Below, piece by piece: positions 47,591-58,521 of a DNA stretch of 64,000 bases. A program made the translations under genes and the position numbers. Under the pieces are notes generated by a model, which saw only the letters and a program-made list of their open reading frames with translations, ran no database searches and had not been told where the DNA came from. Position 1 is the stretch's first letter; every line of letters starts with the position of its first letter. Source of the DNA: Candidatus Latescibacterota bacterium (lineage in GTDB: Bacteria > Latescibacterota > UBA2968 > GCA-2709665); the NCBI GenBank assembly GCA_965219995.1, contig CBDCOX010000002.1, positions 384,001 through 448,000 on the forward strand, in the 5' to 3' direction.

Positions 47591-48619
47591 TCAGCCGGCC
47601 GGCCCGGCACAGATGCGGCAGATGAGTTGAGTAAGCGTGGCGTGAGGCGCGCGAGACCGCAACTTCAGGCGGTTGTCCGCATAAAGGAGCGCCTGGTACG
47701 CGGACCACAGGGTCTGGTCGTCGAACTGCGCGGCCTGATCGAGATAACTGGAAACAAAGAACGGAGGAACCTTCAGCTTCCCCGCCAGTTCGGACCGAGG
47801 CAAACCCTGGTTCCGAAGCCACCGGGCCTTGCGGAGAATCCCGATGTGCCGGGCGAGCATTGCCACAATTGCCACCGGATTGTCTCCGCGTTCCACAAGG
47901 CGGTGCAGAACGGCCAGGGCATCGCCCGCATTGCGTTGCCCCACGGCATCGGTGAGTTCGAAAACCGTTGCACTTCGCGCGGCGCCGCCGACCTGGATCA
48001 CGTCGTCGCGCGTGATGATTTCTCGTCCTTGCGTATAGATGGCCAGCTTCTCGAGTTCGCTGACCAGTTCCCCCGGATTCGGCCCCACGCCCAGGTGAAG
48101 CATGTGCGCAGCGTCGGGATCGATGCGTTTTTTCAGGGCAGCCGCGCGATTGCGAATCCACCTCGGGAGTTCGCTCTCGTAGGGCGGTTTGAATTCCACC
48201 GATACGGCGTTCTTTCGCAATGCGGCGGAGATCTTCTTGCGTCCGTCCAGTTTGTCCGCGGTAAATACAAGGACAGTGGTCTCAACCGGGTTGTCGACAA
48301 GGGGCAGAAACGTTCGCAGGTCGGGATCCCGCAACCGTTCCAGGCGTTTGACTACGACAACCCGACGCGACGCCATCATGGGAAAGGCGGTCGCCCGGCT
48401 GACCGCGTCGGCCGCGTCCATCTCCTCCCCGCGGAAGATGTCCAGGTTGAACGCTTTCGACGCGGGTTCGACGGCGGCGTCGACAAGGGCCCTCAGGCTT
48501 TCTTCCTTGCTGACGTTTTCAGATCCATACAACAGATACAGCGGTGCGAATTCCCCCCGCTGTATCTGCGCGTTCAGCTTATCCTGAGAATTGCCGGCTC
48601 TGGTCTTTTTCTTGGCCAC
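47591..48619 (-). CDS. holA: DNA polymerase III delta subunit
   Basis: PLYLLYG.E, FPMMASRRVVVV, ELEKL and VFELTDAV motifs, with typical length. Confidence 0.92.
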   Translation of the reverse strand: MAKKKTRAGNSQDKLNAQIQRGEFAPLYLLYGSENVSKEESLRALVDAAVEPASKAFNLDIFRGEEMDAADAVSRATAFPMMASRRVVVVKRLERLRDPDLRTFLPLVDNPVETTVLVFTADKLDGRKKISAALRKNAVSVEFKPPYESELPRWIRNRAAALKKRIDPDAAHMLHLGVGPNPGELVSELEKLAIYTQGREIITRDDVIQVGGAARSATVFELTDAVGQRNAGDALAVLHRLVERGDNPVAIVAMLARHIGILRKARWLRNQGLPRSELAGKLKVPPFFVSSYLDQAAQFDDQTLWSAYQALLYADNRLKLRSRAPHATLTQLICRICAGPAG

Positions 48620-48742
48620 GGTCGTGTTGGACGGGAAAAAAGCGAAGAACCATCAGAAATGTGCCGCGCTGTTGCCCGGCGGTGTTACGCGGACAAAGAC
48701 CGGACACTAACCTCAATGTGAAAAAAGAACACCGAAAAATTG

Positions 48743-48769
48743 GCCACAAAATGCACAAAAGGCACAAGA
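48743..48769 (+). repeat. 3x9-bp repeat family B
   Basis: GCCACAAAA TGCACAAAA GGCACAAGA. Confidence 0.75.
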
Positions 48770-48967
48770 AGCATCCGTGCAAGGCGGCGCGTGTCATAAC
48801 GCGGTGACCCTGCTGTACTTTCTTTACCGGACCGAAATGGTCGACCGGAAGGACATTTTTTCAGTTCACGTCAAGTGACCTGAAGGATCATAGAAATCAG
48901 CAGTTAAATCGCCTTTATTCACGTGCACATATTCGAATTCACGTCCCCGAATAATGACGAATCAAGG

Positions 48968-49159
48968 CTAGCTGTCGAGGTCGCGGAATTCAGCATCCCG
49001 GATCCGTTTCTTGCCGTTGTTCCCGTATGGTTTCTTGCCCGCTGTACGGGCGTGGTCCTTTGTATTGACGCCCCATCGAAACGCGGATCGCAACACGTCC
49101 CGAAGCACACGGTAAACGAGACCCAGCAACAGGACGAAGAGGAAAATGCGCAGCATCAT
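48968..49159 (-). CDS. Small membrane protein
   Basis: N-terminal TM, C-terminal IRDAEFRDL and a GGAG RBS. Directly downstream of purM. Confidence 0.65.
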   Translation of the reverse strand: MMLRIFLFVLLLGLVYRVLRDVLRSAFRWGVNTKDHARTAGKKPYGNNGKKRIRDAEFRDLDS

Positions 49160-49171
49160 TGCGTACTCCAG

Positions 49172-50212
49172 CTACAGGATTTGAACACCGGATCCCGGAT
49201 CCTTCACAACTTCCCCGACGACGTAGCCTGTCTCTCCACTCTCCGTCAACGCTTCTATCGCTTTCTGAGCCTGGCCGGAAGGCACGACAAGCAGCATGCC
49301 CAGACCCATGTTGAATACCCGAAACATCTCGTCGGTGGCGATATCGTCGCCCACCCGCTCCAAAAGGCTGAAAACGGGAAGTTCGGGCCACGATCCCCTG
49401 TAAATGCGTGCGCCAAGCCCGTCCGGAAGGGTGCGCGGCAGGTTGTCGACGATCCCTCCGCCGGTGATGTGGGCCATTCCCCGTACGGACACGGTTTCCA
49501 TAAGACGGAAGGCCGTCGACACGTAATTCCGGTGAGGCGCAAGCAGGGTTTCGCCAATGGTCGCGCCGAGTTCGGAACGGTGGGTGTCCACGGACCATCC
49601 CGCGGTGTCCAAAAACAGCTTGCGCGCCAGGGAATACCCGTTGGTGTGAAGGCCGCACGACGGCAGACCGATGAGCTTGTCGCCTGCTTGAGCCCCGGAA
49701 CCGTCCAGGATGTCTTTCCTGCTGACGACGCCGACGATCGTCCCTGCCAGGTCGTATTCGCCCTCCCGGTAAAAATCCGGCATTTCCGCCATTTCGCCGC
49801 CCAGCAGCGCGCATCCGCAGGCCTTGCATCCGTTTGCGATTCCTTCGATGACGGCCTCGGCCACGGAGGAATCGTGTTTTCCCATGGCGAGGTAGTCCAT
49901 GAAGAAGAGCGGGCGCGCGCCCTGTACAAGAATATCGTTGGCGCAGTGCGCCACAAGGTCGGCGCCGACCGTATTGTGGACACCGGTCATGAAAGCGATT
50001 CTGAGCTTCGTGCCCACGCCGTCCGTTCCGGCAACCAGGACCGGGTCCCGGTACGCCTCCCAGTGCGGAGCGAAAAGGCCGCCGAATCCACCGATGTCGG
50101 TGAGAACTTCAGGACCGAATGTCGATCGTACCAGGCCGGCGATGCCCTCTTTCGTCTGACTGGCGCTCTCGATGTCCACGCCGGCGGCGGCGTATGCGCC
50201 CGGTTTCTCCAT
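49172..50212 (-). CDS. purM: Phosphoribosylformylglycinamidine cyclo-ligase
   Basis: YAAAGVDI, GGFGG, TDGVGTK, GLHTNGYS, HITGGG and FNMGLG motifs. Confidence 0.97.
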   Translation of the reverse strand: MEKPGAYAAAGVDIESASQTKEGIAGLVRSTFGPEVLTDIGGFGGLFAPHWEAYRDPVLVAGTDGVGTKLRIAFMTGVHNTVGADLVAHCANDILVQGARPLFFMDYLAMGKHDSSVAEAVIEGIANGCKACGCALLGGEMAEMPDFYREGEYDLAGTIVGVVSRKDILDGSGAQAGDKLIGLPSCGLHTNGYSLARKLFLDTAGWSVDTHRSELGATIGETLLAPHRNYVSTAFRLMETVSVRGMAHITGGGIVDNLPRTLPDGLGARIYRGSWPELPVFSLLERVGDDIATDEMFRVFNMGLGMLLVVPSGQAQKAIEALTESGETGYVVGEVVKDPGSGVQIL

Positions 50213-50296
50213 CGTCCGGTTACCGTCCGTCGTTTTCAGATTCTTCAGGGAAGTCTGACAGAATCGAATGCTGGATTTCGATTCGAGTTTGGGATG

Positions 50297-51271
50297 CTAT
50301 GTGGCCACGCGGGGTGTTTGCACTGCGTCGCATGGTTGCGGCGTTGAATGTCCGCGTGCCACCGGGACGACGGGATACCGGTCCGGCGTGCTGCTGTCTG
50401 CTCCGGAGGCCGCGACGATCTGTTCGGCGACCCGCACTGCGCGAACGGCCGCTCCGACGTCGTGCACGCGCAGAATGTGAGCCCCGGCCGCCACGGAAAA
50501 ACCCACCGCGGCCAGCGTGCCTTCCAGCCGTTCACCCGGTGGAAGATCGAGAGCGGCGCCGGTGAACTTCTTGCGTGACGGGCCCACCAACAGGGGACAG
50601 CCGAGACCGTGGAATTCGTCCAGGCGGGCGAGGATTTCAAAGTTATGGGAATTTCGTTTTCCAAATCCCAGACCCGGGTCGATCAGTATCCTGTCGGGAG
50701 CAATTCCCGCATCCAGGGCCGCGGACCGGCGAGCGTCAAGAAAATCGATTACTTCACGCAGCAGGTTGTCGTACATCGGCTTGATCTGCATGGTACGGGG
50801 CGTGCCCTTCATGTGCATAAGCACGACCGCCGCACCCGATCGTGCGACGGTTTCGGCCATCAGGGAGTCGAATCGCATCGCGCTTATGTCGTTGACGATG
50901 CGCGCGCCCAACGCTAACGCTTCGTGCGCGACTTCCGCTTTGGTGGTGTCTACGGAGATGATGAGATCGGTTCCGGACGCGATTGCTTCGATGACGGGCG
51001 CGGTACGCCGGATCTCCTCTTCCGTCGAAACGGGATGGGCTCCCGCGCCGTATGTGCCGGCGGGGCGGGTGGATTCGCCGCCTACGTCGATGATGTCCGC
51101 CCCTTCTTCCGCCATCCTGAGCGCGCGTTCAATGGCCGGTTGCGGCTCGAAATAACGTCCACCGTCGGCGAAAGAGTCGGGTGTGACGTTGAGAACCCCC
51201 ATGATCAGGGTTCGTGAACCCAGATGCGTGATTTTACCCCGGCAATCGAGCCGGTGAGAGGGGGATTTCAT
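50297..51271 (-). CDS. folP: Dihydropteroate synthase
   Basis: MGVLNVTPDSF.DGG, GGESTRP, DPGLGFGK, SRK and RVHDV motifs. Confidence 0.96.
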   Translation of the reverse strand: MKSPSHRLDCRGKITHLGSRTLIMGVLNVTPDSFADGGRYFEPQPAIERALRMAEEGADIIDVGGESTRPAGTYGAGAHPVSTEEEIRRTAPVIEAIASGTDLIISVDTTKAEVAHEALALGARIVNDISAMRFDSLMAETVARSGAAVVLMHMKGTPRTMQIKPMYDNLLREVIDFLDARRSAALDAGIAPDRILIDPGLGFGKRNSHNFEILARLDEFHGLGCPLLVGPSRKKFTGAALDLPPGERLEGTLAAVGFSVAAGAHILRVHDVGAAVRAVRVAEQIVAASGADSSTPDRYPVVPVARGHSTPQPCDAVQTPRVAT

Positions 51272-51358
51272 GTATCGCATGGAAAAACCGGACATGCGAA
51301 AGGGATGGCAAAATGACACGGCTTTTTACCATCCCCCGGTGAAAATCGAGAACCGCGG

Positions 51359-53503
51359 CTACGAGTCGTTGTCGGATGCTTCCTGAGATTCGGCGGCTCC
51401 TTCATCCGCAGCCGACTCGTCCGATTTTATTTCGGGAGTGGCGTCCTGTGTGGGCCGTCCGTTGTGGGATTCAGACGTTTCCGGCGGCTTTTGCAGCTTC
51501 TCACCGGCAAGAATACGGTCGAGCTGGGAGTCGTCGAGCACTTCGAACTCCAGAAGCGCGTCGGCCAGAACGTGGACCTGGGCGATATTCTCCCGCAGCA
51601 GGGATTCCGCCCGTTCCTCCGCGGTGAGGACGAAGTTGCGGATTTCGTCGTCGATGACCTGTGCGACTTTTTCGCTGAAGTCCCGACGCTGGGCCATTTC
51701 GCGGCCCAGGAAGACCTCGTCCTGTCTGTTCCCGTAGGAAATGGGGCCCAGCTCTTCGCTCATGCCCCAGTCGCAGACCATCCTGCGTGCCAGGTCGGTG
51801 GCCATCTTGTAGTCCTGCTGCCCGCCGCTGGATACTTCTCCAAAGACGATTTTCTCCGCCACCCGCCCACCCAATGCGTAGGTGAGAACGGCGTCGCTGT
51901 AGCTCCTGGAATAGTTGTGGCGTTCGTCGATGGGCAGATACGTCGTCAGGCCGAGGGATTGGCCGCGGGGAATAATGGTGACCTTGTGCACGGGATCGGC
52001 CTCGGGAACGAGCTTGGCCACCAGCGCGTGACCGATCTCGTGGTATGCCGTCCGCTTCTTTTCCGAGTCGGAGATGACAAGGCTGCGCCTTTCCACGCCC
52101 ATGATGACTTTGTCTTTCGCATTCTCGAAGTCTTCCATAACCACGGAGGTTCGGTCGAACCTGGATGCGAGCAAAGCTGCCTCGTTCACCAGATTCTCCA
52201 GGTCGGCCTGCGAGAAGCCGGGCGTGGCGCGCGCGAGCACGGCCAGATCCACGTCCTTGTCCAGCGGCGTATTCCGAATGTGGACTTTCAGCACGCCTTC
52301 CCGGCCCTTGACGTCGGGCCGGTCCACAACGACCTGCCGGTCGAAACGGCCCGGTCGCAGGAGAGCCGGATCGAGTACGTCCGGCCGATTGGTGGCGGCA
52401 ATGAGAATGACGCCTTCCTTGGAGTCGAATCCGTCCATCTCAACCAGCAGCTGGTTAAGCGTCTGTTCCCGCTCGTCGTGGCCTCCGCCGATGCCCGCGC
52501 CGCGGTGCCGCCCCACAGCGTCGATTTCGTCGATGAAAATGATGCAGGGCGCATTGGCCTTGCCCTGTTCGAACAGGTCTCGCACGCGGGAGGCGCCGAC
52601 GCCCACGAACATCTCGACGAAGTCGGAGCCGCTCATACTGTAGAACGGAACCCCTGCTTCGCCGGCCACGGCTTTCGCCATGTACGTCTTGCCGGTACCC
52701 GGCGGCCCGACGAGGAGGACACCCTTCGGGATCCTGCCCCCGAGCCTCTGGAATTTCCGGGGATCCTTGAGGTACTCGATGATTTCCTGAAGCTCCTGTT
52801 TGGCCTCGTCGGATCCGGCAACGTCCTTAAACGTGACTTTCGGGCGGTCTTCCGAAACCAGCTTCGCCCTGCTCTTGCCGAAGCTGAACGCGCCCTTCGG
52901 ACCGCCCTGCATCTGCCGAAAGATGAACAGCCACAGGCCGACGAAGAGCAGCCACGGCAGGAAGTTGAAGAACACCTTCAACCAGTCGAAGGGTTTTTCC
53001 TGGAACCGAAAGTCGATTTCGTACTTTTCCCAGTCGGCGATTGCCTCTTCGCCGATGACGCCCAGGTTGACCACAAAGGTGCGGTATGCCTGTTGCGAGC
53101 CCCGGCTGGTTGCATATTCGGGTTCGCGCAACGTACCATAGAAATCACTGTCGATGATGACGGCGCTTTCGATCTTGCCCTGTTTCATCAGCGTCCTGTA
53201 TTCCTTGTAGCTCAGGACCACGTCGCCCGAGCCGGTACTGCTTCCGAAGAAACGGGTCGCGAACAGGGCGACCAAAACAAAAAAGACCCAGAATGCAAGC
53301 GTCTTTGAGCGCCGACGCCATTCGCTGCCGTCGTTCTCGGGACCGGACCCGGGCTCCCGGTTGGGTCGCGGCCGCGGCCGGTTCCGCGGCGCCTCGGGAG
53401 GGTCCCGGTCCCCGTCGGATTCAGGTTTCAGTTCCGGCACAGGCGGCTTCATTTCCTTCTGTTCCGCGGCCGGAGTCTCTTCCTGGTCTTTGCGTTCTGC
53501 CAT
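51359..53503 (-). CDS. ftsH: ATP-dependent zinc metalloprotease FtsH
   Basis: Two TM helices, [23 protein letters not shown] and HEIGH motifs. Confidence 0.97.
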   Translation of the reverse strand: MAERKDQEETPAAEQKEMKPPVPELKPESDGDRDPPEAPRNRPRPRPNREPGSGPENDGSEWRRRSKTLAFWVFFVLVALFATRFFGSSTGSGDVVLSYKEYRTLMKQGKIESAVIIDSDFYGTLREPEYATSRGSQQAYRTFVVNLGVIGEEAIADWEKYEIDFRFQEKPFDWLKVFFNFLPWLLFVGLWLFIFRQMQGGPKGAFSFGKSRAKLVSEDRPKVTFKDVAGSDEAKQELQEIIEYLKDPRKFQRLGGRIPKGVLLVGPPGTGKTYMAKAVAGEAGVPFYSMSGSDFVEMFVGVGASRVRDLFEQGKANAPCIIFIDEIDAVGRHRGAGIGGGHDEREQTLNQLLVEMDGFDSKEGVILIAATNRPDVLDPALLRPGRFDRQVVVDRPDVKGREGVLKVHIRNTPLDKDVDLAVLARATPGFSQADLENLVNEAALLASRFDRTSVVMEDFENAKDKVIMGVERRSLVISDSEKKRTAYHEIGHALVAKLVPEADPVHKVTIIPRGQSLGLTTYLPIDERHNYSRSYSDAVLTYALGGRVAEKIVFGEVSSGGQQDYKMATDLARRMVCDWGMSEELGPISYGNRQDEVFLGREMAQRRDFSEKVAQVIDDEIRNFVLTAEERAESLLRENIAQVHVLADALLEFEVLDDSQLDRILAGEKLQKPPETSESHNGRPTQDATPEIKSDESAADEGAAESQEASDNDS

Positions 53504-53526
53504 AGATACCGCCTCGACGAACTTGC

Positions 53527-54951
53527 TTAAGAGGAAGCGATTACGCGTCCCCAGCCACCTCTGAAGGTGACGTCCAGCACCGTCTTTGTCCGATGGGTGA
53601 CGGCCGTTGGGCGGGCCGTACGCAAGCCGACCACCCAAAGGATGGCCTTCCCGTCCAGCAGCAGCGGAACTTCGTCACGCAACGGCCTGGGAATCTTGAG
53701 GTTGATAAACAGGTCGCTGATCTTTTGCGTTCCATTCAGGCCGAACGGCACGAAACGGTCCGCTCGGCGCCGGTTTCTCAGCGTCAGCCCTCCGGCGAGC
53801 GCATCCCGGTCGAAACAGGCGCGAAACGGATCGCTCGTCAGATCCTGCTCCCGCACCTGGCTGGCTGGACGGATTCTCGTCTCCAGGACGGCGCCGATTT
53901 CCGGGATTTCGGTGACGCCCGGAACCGCCACTTCGGTCTCGAACGCCGGCGTTGGCCGACTCACGATCAGCCATGGACCGGTGCGATGAACGGAGATACC
54001 GGAAGCCACCTGAACCGCGCCGGCTGGCGCCAGACGCAGGGATTGCATGCGTGAAACACTCTGCTCATGCAGTTCCCGCGCACAGCCTCGAAGCCGAAAA
54101 AAGGCCGTTCTGAAAATCCTGCGTTGAAGTGCTATATGATAACCGAAAACGGCGTTTTCATCAAGAATTATTTTTCGCTTGCCCTCGTAGCGAAGAGCCG
54201 CTCGGAACGCCGATTCCGCCTGCTGATCGAGCAGTTGATCTTCCCCCTGGATGATCTCCGCGGACCGTGCCAGGGCCGCCTCGATGGCGGGGTTGTATTC
54301 CGACGCGAGCTTCGGCAGGAGACGATGCCGGATCCGGTTCCTGAGAAAGCGGTGATCGGCGTTGGAATCGTCGTAACGCACATGCAGGTCCCGGTGGTCG
54401 ACATAGGTCTCGATCTGTTGGCGCGAAACCGTCAGGAGGGGGCGGATCCAGATGCCGTCGCGGATCGGTCTGATCGCGCCCAGCCCGGTCGGACCGGCGC
54501 CGCTGAACATGCGCATCAGGACAGTTTCGGCCTGATCGCTGCGTGTATGGCCCAATGCGATCCGCGAAGCGCCTGCGGTCCGCATAACGCGTTCAAGAAA
54601 TGCGAGTCGCGCTTCGCGGGCATCCGATTCAGGGGATCCCCGTCCCGCCAGAGTGGCTCTTTCCGAATAGAACGGGAGATCCATCGAGGCGGCGAGATCC
54701 CTCACGAATCTTTCGTCCACATCGGATGCCGGTCCCCTGAGTTGATGGTTGAGGTGGGCGACGCAGAGCGAGATATCGAGAGATTCGCGAAGCCTGACCA
54801 GCAGATCCAGAAGCGATACGGAGTCCGGGCCGCCCGAAACGCCGACCACAATCCGGTCCCCGACCCGGACCATTTCGTGCCTGTCAATGTAGGAAAACAC
54901 GACCTGGAGCAGGTCCGGCGTATCGGTATCCGGGCTTTTTTTACGTGCCAT
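53527..54951 (-). CDS. tilS: tRNA(Ile)-lysidine synthetase
   Basis: [21 protein letters not shown] and RNRIRH motifs. Upstream of ftsH. Confidence 0.96.
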   Translation of the reverse strand: MARKKSPDTDTPDLLQVVFSYIDRHEMVRVGDRIVVGVSGGPDSVSLLDLLVRLRESLDISLCVAHLNHQLRGPASDVDERFVRDLAASMDLPFYSERATLAGRGSPESDAREARLAFLERVMRTAGASRIALGHTRSDQAETVLMRMFSGAGPTGLGAIRPIRDGIWIRPLLTVSRQQIETYVDHRDLHVRYDDSNADHRFLRNRIRHRLLPKLASEYNPAIEAALARSAEIIQGEDQLLDQQAESAFRAALRYEGKRKIILDENAVFGYHIALQRRIFRTAFFRLRGCARELHEQSVSRMQSLRLAPAGAVQVASGISVHRTGPWLIVSRPTPAFETEVAVPGVTEIPEIGAVLETRIRPASQVREQDLTSDPFRACFDRDALAGGLTLRNRRRADRFVPFGLNGTQKISDLFINLKIPRPLRDEVPLLLDGKAILWVVGLRTARPTAVTHRTKTVLDVTFRGGWGRVIASS

Positions 54952-55205
54952 GGTTGAATCGCGAGGAGGTGCAGGGGCAGACGGTCAGGGGCGCCTTGCC
55001 CAGTGTTCGACGTGACACGGTGCGGCGATTGAAGTCGGATCCTGAAGACGGCAGATTATCGGCATTTTACCTGTTAGACGCCGCGGAAATCGGATCGGTT
55101 TCTGAAAACCGGCGTCGGATGATCCAGGCGACAGTGCAACTGTTGCGTGCCGCAACCGCGTCGTGCAAAATAAAAGCTTTGCGATTTCTCGGTAAGATCA
55201 AGAAC

Positions 55206-55241
55206 AAGAAAAGACACGCTGATTTCAGCGTGTCTTTTCTT
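55206..55241. terminator. Bidirectional intrinsic terminator closing the redox operon
   Basis: AAGAAAAGACACGCTGA-TT-TCAGCGTGTCTTTTCTT. Confidence 0.85.
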
Positions 55242-55260
55242 CCAGATGGCTTCTTTTGGC

Positions 55261-56241
55261 TCAGGGCACGCGTTTTCCGAAGTTCTTCGCGAATTCCAGA
55301 AAGTCCGGAAAGTCGACCAACCCGTTTCCGTTCAGGTCGAAGGTGGCGTTGTCGGTGCTGAAGGCCTGGGCGAATGCGACGAAGTCGCTGAACCCGATTT
55401 CTCCGTCATTGTCGAAGTCGGCCCGGGGATTGACGGGGACAACGATGGCCGTTCCTGAAAGAGCGACGGTGACGCTGCTGTTTTCAGGGTCGTCACTGGA
55501 AATGGTAATGGTGCCGGAGAATGGACCGCCCTCCGAGGGTGTAAAGGTGATGTCGACTGTAGCGCTGTCGCCAGGCGCGACCATGAGTTCCGTCAGGCTG
55601 AACATGACGCCCTCGAGGTCGGATACCATGTTCGAAATGCTGAGGTCGGTCCCGCCGGTATTCTGCACGACCAGCTTCAGGGTTCGCGACTCGCCCGCCG
55701 GAACGTCTTCACCAAAGTCGAGCGATGTATTGGCGAGGCTGATTGCGGGCGGCGTAACGGTCAGCAATTCCCGGATACTCGCCGCCGCGGCGCTGAGACC
55801 GGAAGCGCCGCGCCCAATGTGGCGGACGATTCCCTCACGGTCCGCGACCAGCAACGTGTGGGTCCCGTGCGATCCCCTGATACTGCCCGCCCTCAGCAGG
55901 AGGGGAAACGTGATCGAGGTCGTCGACTGAAAACCTTGAAGTTGGGACTGACTGCCATTGTAGATGTCGAGCCCCAGGACCGCAACGCCGTCATCCTGGA
56001 ACGCCTTCCAGATCTGCTGTTCAATGGACGGACCCGCCGCCCTGCACGTGGGTCAGTTGTGGCCCAGGTAATAGAGGACCAGGACACCGCCCTTGTAGGT
56101 CGCCGAGGCGTAGGTCTTCCCGTCCAGCCCCGTAAGCGAGAACGTCGGTACCGCGTCGCCGACACTCTGGGCTTCCGCGGGTTCCGGCGGGTTGAGTCCG
56201 AAGAACAGCAGAAACACAAGGCACGCCGCGATTCGACTCAT
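55261..56241 (-). CDS. Putative selenoprotein (326 aa): signal peptide + redoxin (UxxC) + Ig-like ASH/choice-of-anchor-D domain + dockerin-like double EF-hand
   Basis: ORFs 56053-56241 and 55261-55854 are in one frame, separated only by the TGA at 56053-56055. Readthrough gives VLVLYYLGHN-U-PTC at the thioredoxin-fold active site. Confidence 0.85.
56026..56052 (-). promoter_or_regulatory. Bacterial SECIS-like hairpin
   Basis: UGA-CCCACGUGCA-GGGCGG-[CGGGU]-CCGUCC. The G-rich apical loop begins 16 nt after the UGA. Confidence 0.6.
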
Positions 56242-56274
56242 CGAAGGCCTCCTTCAAGAAAGTGAAAGTTCGCG

Positions 56275-57858
56275 TCAGAAATGGGTTTTAAGTCGCATTT
56301 CCAGTCCACTGAACGGCAACACAAGATAGCATGTCCCCGATGTACACGCGGCGCCGCCTCTCCTGCGTCCGGCGAATACGAAGGCTTCGTATCTATCGAG
56401 GAAGGCGACGTTGAGACTGACCGCCAACCAGGTCCGCGATCCGGTTTCGATCCGGTCCGTCGTGACGTTATCGTCCACTTCGAACGGATCGTTGGTGCGA
56501 TCCAGAATGAGAGCGGCGCCCGCGCCCGAGGGATGCTGGAATGAAAACTGAGCATACACATCCCGGAACGTCTGCTCGTTTCGGGGAAGCCTGGCAGCGC
56601 GTCGGAACTGCAGATCGAAGCTCGTGACAGCCCCGCCGGGTGCGGTGGACTCGATCCCCGCGCCGGCGATCCTGTGCATTCGGATGCCCTTCAATTCGTC
56701 CTTGCCCCAATTCACGAACAGGCTGGTCGATATCGCGCGGCCGTGGTCTTCCCTGTGGTGGTCGATGTCCAGGCCGACGTACCGTTCATTGAAAGTCGTC
56801 GCGAATCCGGGCGCCAGTTCGTTCTTTCCCTTACTGATGTTTGCCGTCAGCGTCCCCATCCCGAAAATCGAATACGTGGCCTCCGCCTGGTAGCCCGTTT
56901 CCGTATCGGCAATCAGTGCATGGGTCGCCCGGTTGAGCAGGACGGCCGAGTGTTCGCGGACCAGGGAAGGGGGATCGTTGAAACTGAAGGCGAAATTCTC
57001 ATAGTCCTTGTATTCCAGGCTGAGACCCAGGTTGGAAATTCCGGCGTTGGCCGAAAGATACAGAGCGCTTCCGTCCACGTGGACGTCATTCAGCCCGGCG
57101 TATTCGGCGTAGACGGTCGCGTACAGATCAGAGAGTCCGGATGCCTCCAACGCCGGCGTGACGTCCAGTTCCAGGAAGCCCGACCAGGTTCGGGTCGAAT
57201 CGAGCCTGGAGGCGTGATGGCTGACCGCCGTAACGCCGGCCTCGATCTGGCTGGCAGGCCGTAGCGATACCTCGCCTCCGACAAGCCAGCTATCGCGCCG
57301 CGGCAGGTCCCGGAGCGGGTTACCCACTCGTACCGCGGGCGGAATATCACTTAATACGGGTCGCCCGATCAGGGCTTTGGCCCCGGCCCGCGGCCCGGTC
57401 CAGGTGGCCATGCTGCCCTCGAGGTCTCGCGAGGGCGAATAGCGTCGCCGGTATTGCCCGCTCTCCAGAATAACGCCCGGCAGATCGAATGCCCTGAGCG
57501 TAATACCCCGCCCCAGGATCGCATAATAGTTGCCCGCAACCAGCTCCACGGGTCCCTGCGTCCAGCGAAGGTGTTTCTGTGAAACATGCACGACCTGGTA
57601 TTCGACCTGCGATAGCGGCGTGCCGGGAGCGGGGTTGCGCCACGCATTGAAGATCTCCGCCCGAAGTCCGGCCTGCATGCCGTGCCGCGTGTAGTCGACG
57701 TCGAACTGCTCATAAAGCGACGAAGCCGCCAGTGAGTCCGAGCCCGGTACGCGTCCCCGCTGGATTTCGGTCAGGCTGGATGCCGTCACCTGAGCACCGC
57801 CCGGTTTCGACGTCACCAGCAGAAGGAGCATTGTCAGGCTATTTGCCAGTGCTCGCAT
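56275..57858 (-). CDS. Outer-membrane beta-barrel protein, DUF6029-like
   Basis: Signal peptide, GNYYAILGRGITLRAF, alternating beta strands, C-terminal GGAACTSGTC..PFSG and a terminal Phe. Confidence 0.75.
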   Translation of the reverse strand: MRALANSLTMLLLLVTSKPGGAQVTASSLTEIQRGRVPGSDSLAASSLYEQFDVDYTRHGMQAGLRAEIFNAWRNPAPGTPLSQVEYQVVHVSQKHLRWTQGPVELVAGNYYAILGRGITLRAFDLPGVILESGQYRRRYSPSRDLEGSMATWTGPRAGAKALIGRPVLSDIPPAVRVGNPLRDLPRRDSWLVGGEVSLRPASQIEAGVTAVSHHASRLDSTRTWSGFLELDVTPALEASGLSDLYATVYAEYAGLNDVHVDGSALYLSANAGISNLGLSLEYKDYENFAFSFNDPPSLVREHSAVLLNRATHALIADTETGYQAEATYSIFGMGTLTANISKGKNELAPGFATTFNERYVGLDIDHHREDHGRAISTSLFVNWGKDELKGIRMHRIAGAGIESTAPGGAVTSFDLQFRRAARLPRNEQTFRDVYAQFSFQHPSGAGAALILDRTNDPFEVDDNVTTDRIETGSRTWLAVSLNVAFLDRYEAFVFAGRRRGGAACTSGTCYLVLPFSGLEMRLKTHF

Positions 57859-58378
57859 CGGCGTTTGCCTCATCGTCGCCGCCGGCATCCGGAAAAAGCG
57901 CCGCAACCGCAGCCAGTAACGCCTCGGCGTTTTTCGAGTTATACCCGACCTGCCGTAGCGCAATCTCCCCGTCGGGTGTGATCAGAAGCGTCGTCGGCAG
58001 GACGTTCACCTGCATTCGCCGCATCACCGCGCTGTCAGAGTCGAGGGCGATGGGGAAGTTAACCCTTCGCGCCCTGAGAAAGGGTTTCACCCGGTTCTGT
58101 CCGCGCGGACCGTCCACGTTGACGCCAAGAACCGTGAGCCCGGATTTTCCGTATTTCTCGTGGATCTTCTGTAGCTTGGGCATTGCCTTGATGCAAGGCT
58201 TGCAGTAGGTCGCCCAGAAATCCAGAAGCACGGGTCCCTTTGCCAGCAGGGTCTTGAGGTTGACCCGTTCGCCCTGCAGATTCCGGAGGTTGAAGTCGGG
58301 GGCCGAGGCGGCGTTCGCGGACGCCGCAGACAGTGTGATCGAGGCGGCAAGAGCCAGCGATTGAAGGGTCGATTTCAT
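57839..58378 (-). CDS. TlpA-family exported disulfide reductase
   Basis: Signal peptide, APDFNL, LLDFWATYCKPC and VLPTT motifs. Confidence 0.92.
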   Translation of the reverse strand: MKSTLQSLALAASITLSAASANAASAPDFNLRNLQGERVNLKTLLAKGPVLLDFWATYCKPCIKAMPKLQKIHEKYGKSGLTVLGVNVDGPRGQNRVKPFLRARRVNFPIALDSDSAVMRRMQVNVLPTTLLITPDGEIALRQVGYNSKNAEALLAAVAALFPDAGGDDEANADASTGK

Positions 58379-58521
58379 CAGTCGAGTCTCTCCCTGATGT
58401 TTCAGCGGCGTTACGAGGAAGTTGCCGTTACACTGAAAAACGCCCGAAGCATCTGACCGGTTCCGGAACCCACGCTGACGCGCGCAATACACGGTGCGCC
58501 GGATTGACGTCGAATTGATTA

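Noticed and set aside
50297-54951. Absence of hpt in tilS-ftsH-folP
   Set aside because: A common operon variant, so not notable.
55893-56219. Frameshift or pseudogene explanation for the split redoxin
   Set aside because: Both halves are in the same frame with a single TGA at the catalytic position and no other decay.
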